From Dudresnaya verticillata (taxonomy: Eukaryota), in the NCBI GenBank assembly GCA_977862235.1, contig OZ374560.1, positions 1,922,001 through 1,986,000 on the forward strand: a stretch of 64,000 bases of DNA, given 5' to 3'. Each line of letters opens with the position of its first letter. Positions within the stretch are counted from its first letter, which is position 1. A model generated the notes under the pieces. That model saw nothing but the letters and a program-made list of their open reading frames with translations. It was not told the origin of the DNA and did not search any database. Of the stretch, positions 61,384 through 64,000 are shown piece after piece. The position numbers were made by a program, and so were the translations under genes.

Positions 61384-63228
61384 CGTGAGCGACCCGCTCA
61401 CGGCCGTTGAGGTTTCCCGGGGCCACGATGGCAATCCCGAGTGGCCGTTTACAGTGATTGGCACGCGCGCCCGTCGACGGTGTATGCGCGTGCCCGCCCG
61501 TCTGCGCCGCTGCGCATATAAGGATCAACGCGGAGTCGGCGCTGGGGAGGTCGCGGGTATCGCTCTCCACGACCCCCCCTTCGCCCACACGCTTCAGCAC
61601 ACCAGTGACCGCTGTCGTGTGTGTGTATTGTGCTACGCCTTCTCCGCCCCCCCTTCGCTCGACGCGAGCACCCACGTCGACGTGCGGTATGGCCACGACG
61701 CGCTCGTCTGCCACCCGGGGCGCCCCTGACGAAGGGGCGCCCGCAACCACACCGCCGCTGCCCGCTGGTGCGCCATCGACGGCTGCACCGGCGGAAGCGG
61801 TGGTAGATGCCCAGCAACCCCAGGCGCAGGATGCGCTGGGGGAAAGCGCCGCTGCGTTGCCATGCCCACCGCCCGCTGCGGTGGCGGCTTTGGTGCCCAG
61901 TGGCCTCGCTGCTGCTCCGACGGCTGGGGCCGGCGCCGCTGCGCATATCGGTCCAGCAGCTGCTGACCAAATTGGAGCGGGCGCCGCTGCGTCGTTAAAC
62001 ATGTTAAAAGGGAAAGGGGTGGGATATGGCTTCGGCCCGCGTCGATGCGAACTTATTTGTGGCGAGAGCGTTCGCCGGCGCAGCAGCTCACCACGTCGGG
62101 CCGCTGCCCAAGGTGAGTGCTGCGCGCGCGCGCGCATCGAGCCCGCATGCGTCGCCACTGCGCCACGACAGCGGTCGTCTGGGCGCGGGGCTTGCGTGAG
62201 CCGCTGCTCAGGTGCAATAGGCAAGCGTGCCAATCCCATGTGGCGCCCAGCGCCGCTGCGCGGCATGCCGCCTTGGCATGGGGGAGACCACAGTGGTTGC
62301 CCTTGCGCGCCCGTCTTGGGCGCCTAGTGCCACTGCGGCTAGCTTCGGCGAGGCCGCTGCCTCGCACCCACTTGCCGGCGGCGCGCCGCTTCTGGCTACT
62401 CAGCCGCTGCTGTTGCTCCCGCCAGGAGGCGATTTGCGCCCAAATTATAGCCAATCGTTGGCTGGGGGATTTTCGCAACCCCTTGCATTGGCTGTTGCCT
62501 TCCGGCCCGCTGGCCTGGTTGGGTGTTTCCCAACCCCCGGCTACAGTACGTACTGTAGCCGGAACACTTTTCGCGCTCGATGCGCTGCGTGCGCCCCGCG
62601 CCGAGGCGCACGCGAAAAGTGACGCTCGCTTTTGGGGTGCCGTTGCGCATCGAGTGCAACGGCACTCCGGTGCATCCGAGTGAAATGGCGATCGGGCCGC
62701 TGTCCTTTGTACCACACCACTTCGCTTCGACAGCGACGGCCTTGGGCGCGTCGACGCGCCCGCTCCGCACTCACGCTGCTGTGACCCCTCCTCGCTCAGC
62801 AGCCGCTGCGGCTGGCGCGTTGGGTTGCACTGGCGTGAGCGACGGTAGCGCCGCGTGCGCGGCGCTGGTGAGCGGCTTCGGTAGCCGCTGGTCAGCGCCC
62901 CTTACCTTGCGTGCGTGAGGCGTCGACGCCTGTCACGCGCGAAGGCGAGGTATCGGCTGCGTCTCCTCGCCACTTGCGAGTGCGTGCAACCAGCCCGGGG
63001 CCACTGCCCCAGGCTTGGTTAGCTGGCAGCTGCCCTGCGCGCATCGATGCGCCGGAATCAGCGCTCTGCTGCCCCGCTCTTGCGCTGCTGCCGCTGCTGC
63101 TTGCGCAAGGGTGACCTGTCTGGGCTCGGCGCCCAGTGCAGGGTAGGGTGAGGCATCGATTGCCTTTGCAAAAAGGCAACGAATGCCTGCGGCCCCCTCC
63201 TCAAGCGCGAGGCGCCCCCGCCGAGGGG

Positions 63229-64000
63229 TTATGAGGAGGAGCGAACGGCTTCGAGCCGGTTGGTGTTTCGCCGCCGCTGCGATGCGAAATAGTGGCTCAC
63301 CATCTCCTCGGGAAGATGGGAACGTGGCTCCCACGTCGGCTTGCGATAGCCGGTCCACTTCACCTTGAACACGAGCGTGCCATCGTCGGCTGTACCGTGG
63401 TCAAGGACCTTATCCATCACGAACCGCGGGCCGTTGACGGCTTTGGACGCGAGTTCCTCAGTGGTGGGTAAGTAGGCGCTGCGCTGCGCAGTATCCTCCC
63501 GCAGCGGCGGGGGACAGTAGACGGCGCGGTCCGCTGCGATGCGTTCGACCAAGCCGCCTCTGTCGATAAACAGCGTGCGCTTGTCGTTGAGCAGCACGCG
63601 GTAGGGCCCTATCGCTGGGCTCTGTAGCTTCTTGGGTTTCTTAACCCCGTCGCTCGCGTCGATGAAGACGTAGTCTCCCGCTCGAATGCGGGAGTTGACC
63701 TTTCTGACACGCTTGTCGAAGTCTTTCTTGTAACGCCGCTGCGTTTTGTCGAGAGCGCTCGATGCGCTTGCGAAGGCGGCGTCGAGCCGCTTGAGGACGT
63801 CCGCGCGCACGTCCTCACTAGGTTTCGGTCTGGCCGCTGCCTTATGAAACTTAGTGAACTCCGGTGGCGGCCGGGACAGCACGAGGCTGAAGGGTGTCGT
63901 CCACGTCGTGCGATGGACATGGCAGTTGTAGGAATACGTCAACGCCGCTGCGTATCGATCCCAGTCGCCCTGGTGATCGTTGATGTAATTCCTCAACATG
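63229..64000 (-). CDS. pol: Integrase C-terminus and chromodomain of G (partial)
   Basis: MLRNYINDHQGDWD, GPY, FVMDKVLDH..VKWTGY..TWEP; highly similar to C. Confidence 0.96.
   Translation of the reverse strand, partial: MLRNYINDHQGDWDRYAAALTYSYNCHVHRTTWTTPFSLVLSRPPPEFTKFHKAAARPKPSEDVRADVLKRLDAAFASASSALDKTQRRYKKDFDKRVRKVNSRIRAGDYVFIDASDGVKKPKKLQSPAIGPYRVLLNDKRTLFIDRGGLVERIAADRAVYCPPPLREDTAQRSAYLPTTEELASKAVNGPRFVMDKVLDHGTADDGTLVFKVKWTGYRKPTWEPRSHLPEEMVSHYFASQRRRNTNRLEAVRSSS

Larger units (their letters stand above)
60593..64000 (-). mobile_element. Element G: 3' end of an F-family chromodomain Gypsy
   Basis: IN and chromodomain, 1.8-kb 3' region, PPT, LTR. Confidence 0.93.

Noticed and set aside
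50243..64000. G as the inverted 3' half of F
   Set aside because: Flanks do not form a TSD (AAGAA vs GCTCG), the LTRs differ at many sites, and G sits inside a separate LTR.

Overview
Eukaryotic transposon graveyard. I find no host gene, rRNA, tRNA or CRISPR; almost all 64 kb resolves into nested or truncated mobile elements. A red-algal host is my low-confidence impression from the element types. Layout: (A) a non-autonomous LTR element, 1-13430, keeping only a protease and a dUTPase-like remnant. (B) a 3'-truncated Ty3/Gypsy inside A, 5696-12204. (C) a minus-strand chromodomain Gypsy, 13431-24348, into whose antisense ORF A has inserted. (D) a CpG-rich chromodomain Gypsy, 24603-33431, with an inverted LTR fragment in place of its 5' LTR. 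(E) a Copia element, 33633-39761. A Mutator/MULE, about 41032-49904, with a Ulp1-type protease upstream of a FAR1-like transposase and a convergent second gene split by two solo LTRs. (F) a truncated Gypsy, 50243-57296, fused tail-to-tail to a DIRS-type RT/RNase H remnant, about 57300-60230. (G) the 3' end of an F-family Gypsy, 60593-64000. Four solo LTRs have 5-bp TSDs. Best leads: a Gypsy 3' accessory module (second PPT at the pol stop, antisense coiled-coil/NLS gene, conserved hairpins, GTCGAC-centred palindromes); the Ulp1-first two-gene MULE; a degenerate dUTPase-like domain between PR and RT in every Gypsy where that region is visible; and element A as a likely parasite of the B family. 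All calls are by eye, with no database search.
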